From: Nannocystis pusilla
GTDB taxonomy: Bacteria; Myxococcota_A; Polyangia; Nannocystales; Nannocystaceae
Strand: one strand, 5' to 3'
Length of the DNA: 64,000 nt
NCBI RefSeq assembly: GCF_049337375.1
Contig: NZ_JBMPIV010000001.1
Under the pieces are notes generated by a model. That model was given only the letters and a program-made list of their open reading frames with translations, was not told where the DNA came from and did not search any database. A program made the position numbers and the translations under genes. This document shows positions 42,100 through 54,029 of the stretch, one piece after another (within the stretch, counting starts at the first letter, position 1; the number at the start of each line of letters is the position of its first letter).

Positions 42100-42924
42100 A
42101 TGCTCCACTCGGAAGACCCGCACTACCACCGCGCCGCGGAACACCTGCGTGAACGCCTCGAGGGCGCCAAGATCGACTGGGTCGTGGTGTCCGGCTCCGG
42201 CTTCGTCGGCATGGCCGGCGACGGGCCCGACGGGCTCGGCATGACGGTGGAGGGCTCGATCCCGCTGCGCGGCCTCGGCCTGCCGGTGCCCACGGTCGCC
42301 GGTCACGGCACGGCGCTGGTGTTCGGCACCGTCGGCAAGCTGCGCGTGTGCGTGCAGACCGGCCGGATCCACCCGTACGAGGGCCACCCGATCAACGTCG
42401 TCACCGCGCCGCTGTGGGCCATGCTGGCCAACGGCGCCCGCGGGGTGTGCCTGACCTGCGCCGTCGGCGGGCTCGACCCGGCGCTGCGCACCGGCCAGGT
42501 GGTGCTGCTCAAGGACCAGATGAACCTGTTCGGCCCGACCCCGCTGGTCGGCGCCCGCTTCATCGACATGAGCCAGCTCTACAGCCCGCACCTGCGCGCG
42601 CGCCTGCAGGCGATCGACCCCGGGCTCGGCGCGAGCAGCCTGGCCGAGGTGGTCTACGCCCACGCCCGCGGCCCGCAGTACGAGACGCCGGCCGAGACGG
42701 CGGCCCTGCGCTCGCTCGGCGGCCAGGTGGTCGGCATGTCGACCACCTACGAGGCGATCCTCGCCGCCGCCCATGGCGCGGCGGTCTGCGGCGTCGGCGT
42801 GGTCACCAACGCGGCCAGCCAGGTCGGCCTGAACCACGAAGAGGTCCAGGAGCGCACGCGCGCGGCCAAGCCCCAGGTGGCCAGCCTGCTGCGCGGGCTG
42901 CTGGCGCAGCCGCCTGGCGCTTGA
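42100..42924 (+). CDS. Purine nucleoside phosphorylase (PNP/MTAP family)
   Basis: PNP-I family phosphate-binding and purine-binding motifs (VVSGSGFVG, GMSTTYEAILAA). Confidence 0.75.
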   Translation: MLHSEDPHYHRAAEHLRERLEGAKIDWVVVSGSGFVGMAGDGPDGLGMTVEGSIPLRGLGLPVPTVAGHGTALVFGTVGKLRVCVQTGRIHPYEGHPINVVTAPLWAMLANGARGVCLTCAVGGLDPALRTGQVVLLKDQMNLFGPTPLVGARFIDMSQLYSPHLRARLQAIDPGLGASSLAEVVYAHARGPQYETPAETAALRSLGGQVVGMSTTYEAILAAAHGAAVCGVGVVTNAASQVGLNHEEVQERTRAAKPQVASLLRGLLAQPPGA

Positions 42925-42980
42925 GGCATGTCCTGAAGGGCATGCCCGAAGGGGCATGCTCGTCGGGGCATGTCTGAACG
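42924..42980. repeat. Cleanest 14-bp tandem array: ggcatgtcctgaag / ggcatgcccgaagg / ggcatgctcgtcgg / ggcatgtctgaacg
   Basis: Four head-to-tail units starting exactly at the PNP stop codon. Confidence 0.9.
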
Positions 42981-43389
42981 TACAGGCTGCCGGAAGGGCG
43001 CCGTGACCGACGTATCGGCGTTACTGCTGCGCGCCGAAGCGTGGCGGCGCTTTCGCTTGCGCCGGCACCTGCACGCGTTTGCCCGCTGACTCGCTGCACC
43101 GGCGCGCTCCGCAGGAGGTCGAGGCGTGGAGCGCCCCGGGGTCGACGCGGCGCTGCGGCGCGCGGCCTACGAGGTCGGCATGGTTCTCGATCGATCCCGT
43201 GACCCCGTGAATTCGCTGGGTCGAGCGACGTGAGATCGGTGAGCGGTGGGCGCCGCCGGAGCGCGGGTCGGTCGCTGCTGGAGCCGCGCGAGGGTCGACG
43301 CCCGCATCGGCGCACGCGTGAGCGACGACGCAGGTCGGGCGGACGTCGGCGAGCCGCGCGTGCGCCCCGGCGTGGTATGACCGGGCGTC

Positions 43390-44451
43390 GTGAGCGTGAA
43401 GCCCGAGCGGATCGCCGCTGCAGCGCGGGCCCGCCAGGTGGCCTTGCTGGGGCTCCTGGCGGCGCGGACCGACGCGATCGGCGAGTCGCTGGCGCGCACC
43501 CACGGGATGGTCGCGTGGGATCGGCACAAGACGATCGGCAAGCTCCAGCGTGGGCTGTGGGCGCTCCGTGAGCAGCGCTTCCACGGGCTCGGGGGGCCGC
43601 CCGCGCGGGTGTGCGAGCGCAAGGACCAGCCGCTCGAGAGCCTGCTGATCGTCAGCACGCTGCTGCGCCAGGGCAGGCGCGTGCACCTCGAGGTCCAGGC
43701 GGGCGCGAGCGCGGTGGTGCCGGAGCTGCTGGCCGAGCTGCGCGACGAGCTGTCGCGCGAGCAGGCCGGCGAGGCGCTGACGATCGGGGCGGCCGGCGAG
43801 CCGGCTCCGGACGAGGCGGGCGCGTGGGAGCGGGTCGGGGTGACGCCGGCGCGGCCGCGGGTGGCGGCGGTGCACGCGGACGCGGACCGCGAGCTGGCCG
43901 CGTACGCGCTGGCGCTGTCGGGGCTGCGCCGCGGCGGGGCCGATCCGCGGCGCATCGTGCAGGCGTTCGTGGCGGGGCCGCTGGAGCGGCTCGAACGGCA
44001 CCTGCACCGGCTGTGGGTCGGCGCGGCGTTCGGGCCGCCGGACGACCCGGAGATGTTCGCGGGGCCGGTCGAGCCGGCGCTGGCCGAGGTGTACCGGGTC
44101 GCGCTGGCCGCGTGGTCGGCTGTCCCCGGGGCCAGGGTGCTCTGTCCCGGAGGACAGCTCGAGCGCCCGGGCGATCCGCGGACGTACCTCGCGCCGGCGC
44201 TGCTGCGCGCGCCGCCGATCGAGCCGCCTCCCGCCCACGCCGGGGCGATAGGCCCGCTGGTGGTGCTGCACCCGTGCGAGCCGGCCACGCTCGACGCGGC
44301 GCTGGCGGCCTGTCGCGCCCGCGGGGACGTGATCCAGCCGCTCGGGCCGGAGGCGTGGCGCCAGCGCGTCGGCACCCCGCCGATGGCGCCGCTGCAGCCG
44401 CTCGCGCTGGGCCGCCTGCCGCCCGGGCTGCCCGAGCCGCGGCCGACGTGA
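43390..44451 (+). CDS. Hypothetical protein (weak aldehyde-dehydrogenase-like character; uncertain)
   Basis: Long ORF with good GC3 bias. It carries no convincing motifs. Confidence 0.35.
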   Translation: MSVKPERIAAAARARQVALLGLLAARTDAIGESLARTHGMVAWDRHKTIGKLQRGLWALREQRFHGLGGPPARVCERKDQPLESLLIVSTLLRQGRRVHLEVQAGASAVVPELLAELRDELSREQAGEALTIGAAGEPAPDEAGAWERVGVTPARPRVAAVHADADRELAAYALALSGLRRGGADPRRIVQAFVAGPLERLERHLHRLWVGAAFGPPDDPEMFAGPVEPALAEVYRVALAAWSAVPGARVLCPGGQLERPGDPRTYLAPALLRAPPIEPPPAHAGAIGPLVVLHPCEPATLDAALAACRARGDVIQPLGPEAWRQRVGTPPMAPLQPLALGRLPPGLPEPRPT

Positions 44452-44879
44452 CGGCGAGCGCGGGGGGGCGGTGACGCGTCGGGGTGTGCTTGAGATTCGC
44501 GCCGATGGGACCGCGCCCGCCTCGTCCGTGGACGAGCAGTCGAGCGGTGCCATGACGCGACGGACCATCCTCCATCGCTCGTGTCGCGCGACCGCGCCGA
44601 AGCGCTCGCGTCTTCGGGGCTCGGCGAACTCGTTCGCGTCCGACTCGTGGTCCGTGTCTCGCGTCGCCGCCATGTGCTCGGGGCAGCGCGACCTTTCGAG
44701 CCGGTCATGAAAGTCGGCTCGAGTTTCGCGGGTCGCGGGAGCAGACCGGTCCTCGCGCGCGACCGGGGGGCACGGGCGAATCGGGGTCGTGAGCGCGGCG
44801 GTCGCGGGCGCGCCGCCGGGGCCCCTGCGGGCGCCCGGCGGCCACGGAGAGGCGAGGCGGCTGACAGCGCAGCCCGGTC

Positions 44880-47831
<2,952 letters not shown>

Positions 47832-47832
47832 A

Positions 47833-47913
47833 GTTGTCCTGAAAGACAGGCCGGTTCGGACATGCCCGGACGGGCATGCTGTATACGACATGCCCGCAAG
47901 GACATGTCCTTGA
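47833..47913. repeat. 14-bp-period repeat (about 5 units) between the SNF2 helicase and the FG-GAP gene
   Basis: gacaggccggttcg / gacatgcccggacg / ggcatgctgtatac / gacatgcccgcaag / gacatgtccttgag. Confidence 0.85.
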
Positions 47914-47915
47914 GG

Positions 47916-49265
47916 CTAGGGCCGGTTGACGGCGATGGTGATCGAGGAGATCCCGCTGCCGAGGCCGATGATGTCGGGGCTGCCGTCGCCCTCGAGGTCG
48001 GCGACGTGGAGCCCGTCGCCCTCGTTCAGGAGCTGGAGATAGGCTGTCATGTGCGGGGCGAAGCCCCCCTGGCCGTCGCCGCGGCGGATCGACACGGGGC
48101 CGGTGCCGGCGGTGACGAGGTCGAGGGCGCCGTCGCTGTCGAGGTCCCCGGCGGCGAGGAGGCGGGCGCCGCAGTGGACCGGGTAGCGGGCCGGGAGCGG
48201 GAAGTCGCCGTTCTTCTGCAGGAAGATGACGAGCTCGCTGGTCTCGAATTCGGTGTTGGTGGCGACGCCCGCGAGGTCGCCGAGGCCGTCGCCGTCGAGG
48301 TCGGCGACGACGAAGTCGTGGAACCATAGCTCGGCCGGCATGCTCGGGGCGGAGGTCGTCTGGACGTTGCCCTGGTGGCGGACGAGCGTGCCGCTGCCGC
48401 CCTGGGTGAACACGAAGTCGTCGGCGCGGCCGTCGCCGTCGAGGGCGCCGAGGACGTAGCCGGGCGTGGCCTGCTCGAGGGCCGGGCCGACGCTCTCCGT
48501 GAAGTCGCCGGTGCCGTCGCCGAGCAGGACGACGAGGCCGTCGAGCGCCTCGGTGTGGGCGACGGTGATGATGTCGAGGTGGCCGTCGTCGTTCCAGTCG
48601 ACCGCGTCGAGGGTCATGACGTTGTCGGCGAGGTGGACGACCTGGTCGTCGGCGAGGCCGCCCTGGCCGTCGAGGAAGAGGACGTGGACGCTGACGCCGT
48701 CGACGCCGATCGAGTGGGCGAGGACGTCGAGGACGCCGTCCTCGTCGAAGTCGCCGCTGGCGCGCACGACGGGCTGGTCGCCGATCGACTGCGGCCACGG
48801 CTTCGAGTCCGAGGTCGTCGGCGCGAACAGCTGGGCGCCGAGGGTGCCGTCGGCGAAGGTCATGAGCAGGTCGGGGCCATGGAGATCGTCGAGCGGGAGG
48901 ACGAGGCTCGAGGTGACCGGCTGCGAGCCGAAGCCGAGGGTGCCGAGGATGCACAGCTCGCCCGCCACGAACTGGCCGTCGAAGCAGGTGGCCTCGGCGG
49001 CGAAGCTGTCGACGAGCTCGCAGGTGCCGAGCTCGCCGCCGGTGTCGGTGGGATCGGTGTCGCTGTCGGGGGCGCCGGTGTCGGTGGTGGGTGCGCCCGA
49101 GTCGGTGGCGGGTCCGTCGGTGGTGTCGCCGGGTCCCTCGGAGGTGTTGCCGGAGCCGCCGCCGGAGGCGTGCTCGCAGTCGCCGATGCAGTGCTTGATA
49201 TCGAGGTCACAGGCGGGGAGGAGAGAGAGGAGGATAGGGAGGGTCGAGAGCGGAGGGATACGCAT
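47916..49265 (-). CDS. FG-GAP repeat (integrin-alpha-like beta-propeller) lipoprotein
   Basis: Lipobox LSLLPAC, an Asp/Thr-rich linker, and repeated DxDGDGxxD calcium-binding FG-GAP blades. Confidence 0.75.
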   Translation of the reverse strand: MRIPPLSTLPILLSLLPACDLDIKHCIGDCEHASGGGSGNTSEGPGDTTDGPATDSGAPTTDTGAPDSDTDPTDTGGELGTCELVDSFAAEATCFDGQFVAGELCILGTLGFGSQPVTSSLVLPLDDLHGPDLLMTFADGTLGAQLFAPTTSDSKPWPQSIGDQPVVRASGDFDEDGVLDVLAHSIGVDGVSVHVLFLDGQGGLADDQVVHLADNVMTLDAVDWNDDGHLDIITVAHTEALDGLVVLLGDGTGDFTESVGPALEQATPGYVLGALDGDGRADDFVFTQGGSGTLVRHQGNVQTTSAPSMPAELWFHDFVVADLDGDGLGDLAGVATNTEFETSELVIFLQKNGDFPLPARYPVHCGARLLAAGDLDSDGALDLVTAGTGPVSIRRGDGQGGFAPHMTAYLQLLNEGDGLHVADLEGDGSPDIIGLGSGISSITIAVNRP

Positions 49266-49364
49266 GGTGGCCTTTCAGCGAGTGAGTGCCTCGGGGCTCG
49301 AGGTTCCGTTCGCCGATCTTCGCGCCTTCGCTGCGGCGGTGATCGAGGTAGCCGCGCGCGTCAC

Positions 49365-49745
49365 GCATGTCCCTTCGGACAGAGTCTCTGCTACCCCGTG
49401 CCGAAGTCTCGCCGCTCCAGAAGACCGCCGCCCCCGAGCGGTGAGATGTCTAAAGGGACAGGTTCGCGGGCCGAGGAACATGTGCGGAAGGGTCGCGGCG
49501 CGGGGGTCGAGCGATGAGGTGTCTAAAGGGACAGGTTCGCGGGCTGAGGCATATGTGCGGAGGGTCGAGTCGCGGGCGTTCGCGCGGTGAGATGTCTACA
49601 TGGACAGGTTCTCGGGCCGACGCACATGTACGGAAGGGTCGCGTCGCAGGCGGTCGAGCGATGAGATGTTTTTAAAAGGGACGGGTTATCGGGCCGAGGC
49701 AGATGCCGCGGGAGAGCGAACGGACAGGTCGTAAAGGACAGGTCT
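49365..49745. repeat. Higher-order tandem array: about 4.5 units of about 73 bp, each built from 14-bp subunits of the dispersed family
   Basis: The units start near 49436, 49509, 49582 and 49656 (cgagcgRTGAGRTGTCTAAAGGGACAGGTTCGCGGGCYGAGG.ACATGTGCGGAAGGGTCGCG...). There is a degenerate copy at 49365-49435. Confidence 0.85.
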
Positions 49746-49774
49746 GCCGAGACCGCGGGCGCCGAGCGACGCGC

Positions 49775-50974
49775 TCAGGAGCGGCACAGCGCGGATACCC
49801 GCGCGGCCAGGGCGGAGGCGGGCCAGCGGGCGAGGAATGCGGCGGCTTCGCGGCGGGCGCGGTCGTGTTCGCCGAGACGGCAGCGGGCCTCGATCGCGGC
49901 GGCGGCGGTCTCCTGGGCGAACACGCCGGCGGGGAAGCGCCGCTGGTGGCGGGCGACCAGCTCGAGGGTGGTGCGGTCGTCGGCGGCGAGCAACGCGGCG
50001 CGGATCGATTCGACGAGGTCGAGCTCCGCGGCCAGCGAGGGCTCCTCGCCGCGAGAGCGGCGCGCGGGCGCGGGGGGAGCGGGCGGGGCGGAGGCGGGCG
50101 GGGCCGGGGTGACGGCGGCCGCGAGCGCGACCGGCTGCGATCCCGGCTGCGACTGCACGGGCGCGGGCTCGTGGGCCGGGGCGACGACCGACGGCGGCGG
50201 CTCGGGCGGTGAAGGGCGGCCGAACGCCAGCACGGCGAAGAGCCCGGCGCCGGCGACCGAGAGGCCGACGACCGGGCTGCCGCCGGCGATCGCGGCCGGG
50301 GTTGCGATATGACTCATCGACCATGTCTTTGCGAGCATGTCCGAGACGACAGCCGGATCGCGCGCGGCGGCCAGGCGCCACGGCGGCGGCCCGGGCGGAC
50401 CGACCGCGACCAGCGCGGCGAGCACGTGGGCGCCCCGGCGCGGCCGGACCCGGCGATCGCGGGCGTCGAGGCGGCGGACCATGCGGTCGAGCTCGCGCCG
50501 GGCGGCGCGCAGGCGCGAGTAGACGGTGTTGAGGTTGACGCCGAGCTCAGCGGCGATCTCGGGGGCCTGCCACTGCTCGAGCTCGGTCATGACGAAGACG
50601 ACGGCCTGATCGCGGTCGAGGCCGTCGAGGAAGCCCTGGAGGATCGCGGCCGCCTCGGCCTGCTCGACGGGGGCCGCGACGGCGGGGGCGAGGACCTCGG
50701 CCTCGCTCAGCGCGCAGCGGCGCGGCTCCTCGCGCGCGGCGCTGCGCCGGTAACGGCTGGCGACGCGCCGCGCGATCTCGAACAACCAGGTGCGCAGCGC
50801 GGCCCGACCGGCGAACTCGGGCAGGCGGCGGTAGACGACCAGGAAGGTGTCCTGGACGGCGTCGTCGACCCGCGCCGGCTCGACGCCGAGGTGCCGGATG
50901 GTGCGCCAGACGAAGCCGTAGTTCGCGCGGTAGACGGCGGCGAAGTCGGGGAGGGCTTCCTGGGGGAGCGGCAC
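49775..50974 (-). CDS. ECF (sigma-70 group IV) sigma factor in one frame with a C-terminal TM plus anti-sigma-like domain. This is either a fusion or two genes with an unrecognised boundary.
   Basis: Sigma region 2 (FAAVYRANYGFVWRTIRHLG...DAVQDTFLVVYRRL) and region 4 (LGVNLNTVYSRLRAARREL). These are followed by a TM helix (AAIAGGSPVVGLSVAGAGLFAVLAFG) and an Ala-rich periplasmic part. A 14-bp repeat sits at the junction (50306-50350). Confidence 0.65.
   Translation of the reverse strand: MPLPQEALPDFAAVYRANYGFVWRTIRHLGVEPARVDDAVQDTFLVVYRRLPEFAGRAALRTWLFEIARRVASRYRRSAAREEPRRCALSEAEVLAPAVAAPVEQAEAAAILQGFLDGLDRDQAVVFVMTELEQWQAPEIAAELGVNLNTVYSRLRAARRELDRMVRRLDARDRRVRPRRGAHVLAALVAVGPPGPPPWRLAAARDPAVVSDMLAKTWSMSHIATPAAIAGGSPVVGLSVAGAGLFAVLAFGRPSPPEPPPSVVAPAHEPAPVQSQPGSQPVALAAAVTPAPPASAPPAPPAPARRSRGEEPSLAAELDLVESIRAALLAADDRTTLELVARHQRRFPAGVFAQETAAAAIEARCRLGEHDRARREAAAFLARWPASALAARVSALCRS
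50306..50350. repeat. Three 14-bp units (atatgactcatcgacc atgtctttgcgagc atgtccgagacgac) in frame at the sigma / anti-sigma junction
   Basis: Read directly from the sequence. Confidence 0.7.
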
Positions 50975-50995
50975 GATCGGGTCTGTCTCCGCGGG

Positions 50996-52570
50996 TCAGC
51001 GATTCCGTGGCCCGAATTGCAGGTCGAGGCCGAAAGTGGTGCGCAGGCCCGCGCGGCCGCCGCGGTACACCTCTTCAGCGCCGACGGTGAAGATCGGGCG
51101 GTTGACGGCCACGAGTCCCTCGACGGCCAGCCACAGGCCGAGCGGGCCGGCGACCCGCCAGCGCAGCGCGGGGCCGAGGAAGAAGCTGGCCCACGGGGCC
51201 CATCGCGGGTTCGGGACGGTGACGTCGCGGGCGACGCCGTGGAGCGCACCGACCTCGAGGCCGGCGCACAGGAGGACGGCGAGCGCCGGGCGCGGGTGCA
51301 GGGTCGGACAGAGCCGCACGACCCCGCCGAGGCGGTCGAAGCGGCCGCCGGGGCGCTCGCTGTCGCCTGGGAGGATCCGGCCGGGCGCGCCCACGAGGCC
51401 GGCCTCGAGGCGCAGGCGCGGCAAGGTGACGCCGCCGAACACGCCGACGAGGCCCCCGACGCCGGGGAGGACGCCGACGTCGAGGCCGCCCTCGAGGCGG
51501 AGGTGGCCGAGCACGCGCGGCGGTGCGGCCGGCCGGGGCGTTCGCGCGGCGGAGAACTCGGCTGTCTCTTCGGACATGTCCTCGGGGGCGAGCGGGCGCG
51601 ACGGCCCGGCGGGCGGTCGCGGGGGCGCGGGCGAGGTGAGCCGGCCTGCGGGTGAGGAGGTCGGGTCTGGCCGGAAGGACAGGTCGGGAGCGGCGGGGAT
51701 CGAGGGGGCGCGGGCCGGGTCGGACGCGAGGGGGTCGGGCGGCAGGAGCGGCGGGACCGGCCTCGTGGGCGACTCGGGTGGAGTGGGGGATGTCCGCGAG
51801 GACAGGTCGGTGGGCGAGGCCGGATCGGACGCGGAGGTCGTGGATGGCCGCGGGGCCAGGTCGGTGGGCGGGGCCGTGCCGGGCGGAGAGGAGGTCGTGG
51901 ATGTCCGCGGGGACAGGTCGGTGGACGGGTTGCCGGGCGGGGAGGTCGTGGATGTCCGCGGGGACAGGTCAAAGGGGCCCGGCGACGGGATCTTGGCTGT
52001 CCCGGAGGACAGGTCGGGCGGCAGGGCCGGGGGCGCGGGCGGGGCGACGGCGACCGCGGGCAGACCGCGGGCGACGCCCAGGGGGTCGAGGTGGATGGCG
52101 ATCAGGAGGGCGGCGGCGCGCGCGAGGATCGGGCAGCTCTCGGCGCGGACGGTGCGGCGGTAGGCGCTGCCCCGCCCACGCAGCACGAGCCGCAGCTCCC
52201 ACGTCGCGGCGGCGCGCGTGACGAGCCCGCGGGCAACGGCGCGACCTGCCGCGTCGTCGCCGGTCGGCTGACGCAGCAGGCCGGCGACCATGTGCAGGAC
52301 GGCGTCGCCGTCGGGGCACTCGCGCGGAGCCTGCCAGGTCAGGTCGACCGGCGGCGCGGCGACCGACGGCGCGGCGGACGAGAGGCGAGCGAACACCAGC
52401 GCGGCGAGGGCGAGCAAGCGAGAGTCCTGGCCCCGGTGATCGTGTCCGGGCAGGCGGGGGGCGTCAACTGTCGGCTGGCGTGCGACCGCGTGGACCGGCG
52501 TGCGGGCGGGGCAGGGCGACAGGTCGCGCGGGCGCGGCCGGGGCGAGACCGGCCGGACCCTGCGATGCAC
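50996..52570 (-). CDS. Hypothetical secreted protein: N-terminal domain, Pro/Ser/Thr-rich 17-18-aa tandem repeats, and a C-terminal region with beta-barrel-like alternating hydrophobicity
   Basis: Repeats of DLSPRTSTTSPPG(N/T)PST and a C-terminal ...GLRTTFGLDLQF... The start is uncertain. It lies 22 nt upstream of the sigma gene. Confidence 0.45.
   Translation of the reverse strand: MHRRVRPVSPRPRPRDLSPCPARTPVHAVARQPTVDAPRLPGHDHRGQDSRLLALAALVFARLSSAAPSVAAPPVDLTWQAPRECPDGDAVLHMVAGLLRQPTGDDAAGRAVARGLVTRAAATWELRLVLRGRGSAYRRTVRAESCPILARAAALLIAIHLDPLGVARGLPAVAVAPPAPPALPPDLSSGTAKIPSPGPFDLSPRTSTTSPPGNPSTDLSPRTSTTSSPPGTAPPTDLAPRPSTTSASDPASPTDLSSRTSPTPPESPTRPVPPLLPPDPLASDPARAPSIPAAPDLSFRPDPTSSPAGRLTSPAPPRPPAGPSRPLAPEDMSEETAEFSAARTPRPAAPPRVLGHLRLEGGLDVGVLPGVGGLVGVFGGVTLPRLRLEAGLVGAPGRILPGDSERPGGRFDRLGGVVRLCPTLHPRPALAVLLCAGLEVGALHGVARDVTVPNPRWAPWASFFLGPALRWRVAGPLGLWLAVEGLVAVNRPIFTVGAEEVYRGGRAGLRTTFGLDLQFGPRNR
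51570..52015. repeat. Coding DNA tandem repeats (about 51-54-bp units) composed of GGACAGGTC / GGATGTCC subunits related to the 14-bp family
   Basis: For example, gaggtcgtggatgtccgcggggacaggtcggtggacgggttgccgggcggg repeated 4-5 times. Confidence 0.75.
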
Positions 52571-52615
52571 GGCCGCGTGGACATCGTCGCCGGGGATTGA
52601 ACGCCGGGATGATCG

Positions 52616-52735
52616 GGTCTTCAGGACAGCCCGATGGCGAGGGCCGGCGGGCGCTGCGGCGCACTGTCCTATCGGACATGTCCTTTGATAAAGGTCATGC
52701 AGGACATGTCGAATAGAGCATGTCCGAACAGACCG
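52616..52735. repeat. 14-bp-period repeat cluster (about 7 units) between the Pro/Ser/Thr repeat protein gene and the ABC SBP gene
   Basis: gcactgtcctatcg gacatgtcctttga taaaggtcatgcag gacatgtcgaatag agcatgtccgaaca. Confidence 0.85.
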
Positions 52736-52739
52736 GTCG

Positions 52740-53741
52740 CTACTTCGCCGGCTTGCGGCCGATCTCGAGGTTGTAAGCGGCGGTGGGTTCGACGGCGCCG
52801 GGCTTCAGGAGGCCGAGGTCGACGAGCTGATCGGCGAGCGTCTTCCAGCGGGCGGGGTCGATCGCGCCGATCGTGCCGCCCTCGGGGGCCGCCAGCGGCT
52901 TGAGGGCGGCGGCGCCCTTGGCCAGGATCTCGGGGCTGAGCTCGGTGTTGCGGGCGCGGATCTCGGCGTTGGCGGCGCTCGGGTCGCGCAGGTACTGCTC
53001 CCACCCGCGCAGCGTCGCGGCGATGACGCGAGCGACCAGCTCGGGGCGGCTCGCCAGCAGCGACTCGGAGGTGACGAGAACGCTGGCATAGGGGTTGAAG
53101 CCGAGGTCGGCGACGAGGACGCAGCGGACCTTGGCGCCCTGCGACTCGGCGATGATCGGCTCGCTGAAGACGTAGGCCTGCTGGACGGCCTTGGGGTCGA
53201 GCAGGAACGGGGCGACGCTGCCGCTGTAGGGGACGACCTGGACCGCCTCGGGCCAGCGGTACTCGGCGCGCAGGAAGCTGGCGAACGGCTCGCGCACGCT
53301 CAGCTGCACGCTGCCCGCCTGGAGGTCCTTGAGGTCGGTGATGCCCGAGGCCTCGTGGACCATCATGCAGCGCGGGCTCTTCTGCAGGCCGGGGACGAGC
53401 GCGACCACCGGGGCGCCCTGGGCCCGCGCGAGCAGGATCTCGCTGGCGTCGGCGACGCCGAAATCGACCCGACCTGCGGCCACCTGCGGCAGGACCGGCG
53501 CGTCAGGCCGCCCCGGGACGAGCTCGACGTCGAGGCCCTCTTCCTTGTAGTAGCCGTGGACGAGGGCGGCGAAGTAGCCGCCGTGCTCGACCTCGGGGAA
53601 CCAGTTGAGGGCGATCCGCACCTGCTGCGAGTCCTGCTGGCGGCCGCAGGTGACGAGCAGCAAGCCGAGACAGGCGACGAGCAGGCGGACGAGGGCGCCG
53701 AACCGCGGGCGCGGCGGGACCGGTCGGGGCGGAGCGCGCAT
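52740..53741 (-). CDS. ABC transporter substrate-binding protein, NMT1/THI5-like (NitT/TauT family)
   Basis: ATG 53741 (MRAPPRP...LVACLGLLLVTCG) gives a signal and lipobox. It has an SsuA/NMT1-like fold. Confidence 0.75.
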   Translation of the reverse strand: MRAPPRPVPPRPRFGALVRLLVACLGLLLVTCGRQQDSQQVRIALNWFPEVEHGGYFAALVHGYYKEEGLDVELVPGRPDAPVLPQVAAGRVDFGVADASEILLARAQGAPVVALVPGLQKSPRCMMVHEASGITDLKDLQAGSVQLSVREPFASFLRAEYRWPEAVQVVPYSGSVAPFLLDPKAVQQAYVFSEPIIAESQGAKVRCVLVADLGFNPYASVLVTSESLLASRPELVARVIAATLRGWEQYLRDPSAANAEIRARNTELSPEILAKGAAALKPLAAPEGGTIGAIDPARWKTLADQLVDLGLLKPGAVEPTAAYNLEIGRKPAK

Positions 53742-53820
53742 GCCGGAAGCGTACACCCGAGCGCCACGGACGCACCAGCGGCCTCGACCGCGTCGCGGGG
53801 CCGATCTCGGGGTATGTACC

Positions 53821-53864
53821 CGAGGACATGATGAAAAGAGCATGTCCTCGGGGACATGTGGCGG
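53821..53864. repeat. 14-bp-period repeat (3 units) upstream of the SBP gene, at the left edge of the AKR-MFS-HxlR insert
   Basis: cgaggacatgatgaaaagagcatgtcctcggggacatgtggcgg. Confidence 0.8.
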
Positions 53865-54029
53865 GCGGCGACCGGAGGCGGGCAGCGCGGGGCAGAAAGC
53901 TCGCGGATCGCGGGTTCGCGCGGCGAAGTCGAAGACAGCCTCTCGTGGCCCGCGGCGGTGCGCTTCGCCGCCGGTGAGCGCGCCCTGACGGAGCCCGGCA
54001 TGCAGGCTCCGCCCGCCGAGCGAGACGGG

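Noticed and set aside
43000-43390. Possible gene in the 400-bp gap between the PNP/repeat and the 43390 ORF
   Set aside because: Only Arg-rich low-complexity ORFs are present, with no RBS or family signal. It is left as intergenic.
49436-49510. ECF-sigma-dependent promoter (GGAAC-N16/17-CGT) inside the 73-bp array units
   Set aside because: Only one unit has GGAAC. The others are substituted at that position (GGCAT/CGCAC/GGCAG), so the match is not conserved across units.
49365-49745. Possible CRISPR array
   Set aside because: The units are about 73 bp and directly abutting, with no unique spacers. There are no cas genes in the window. The units are composites of the dispersed 14-mer, so this is a tandem repeat.
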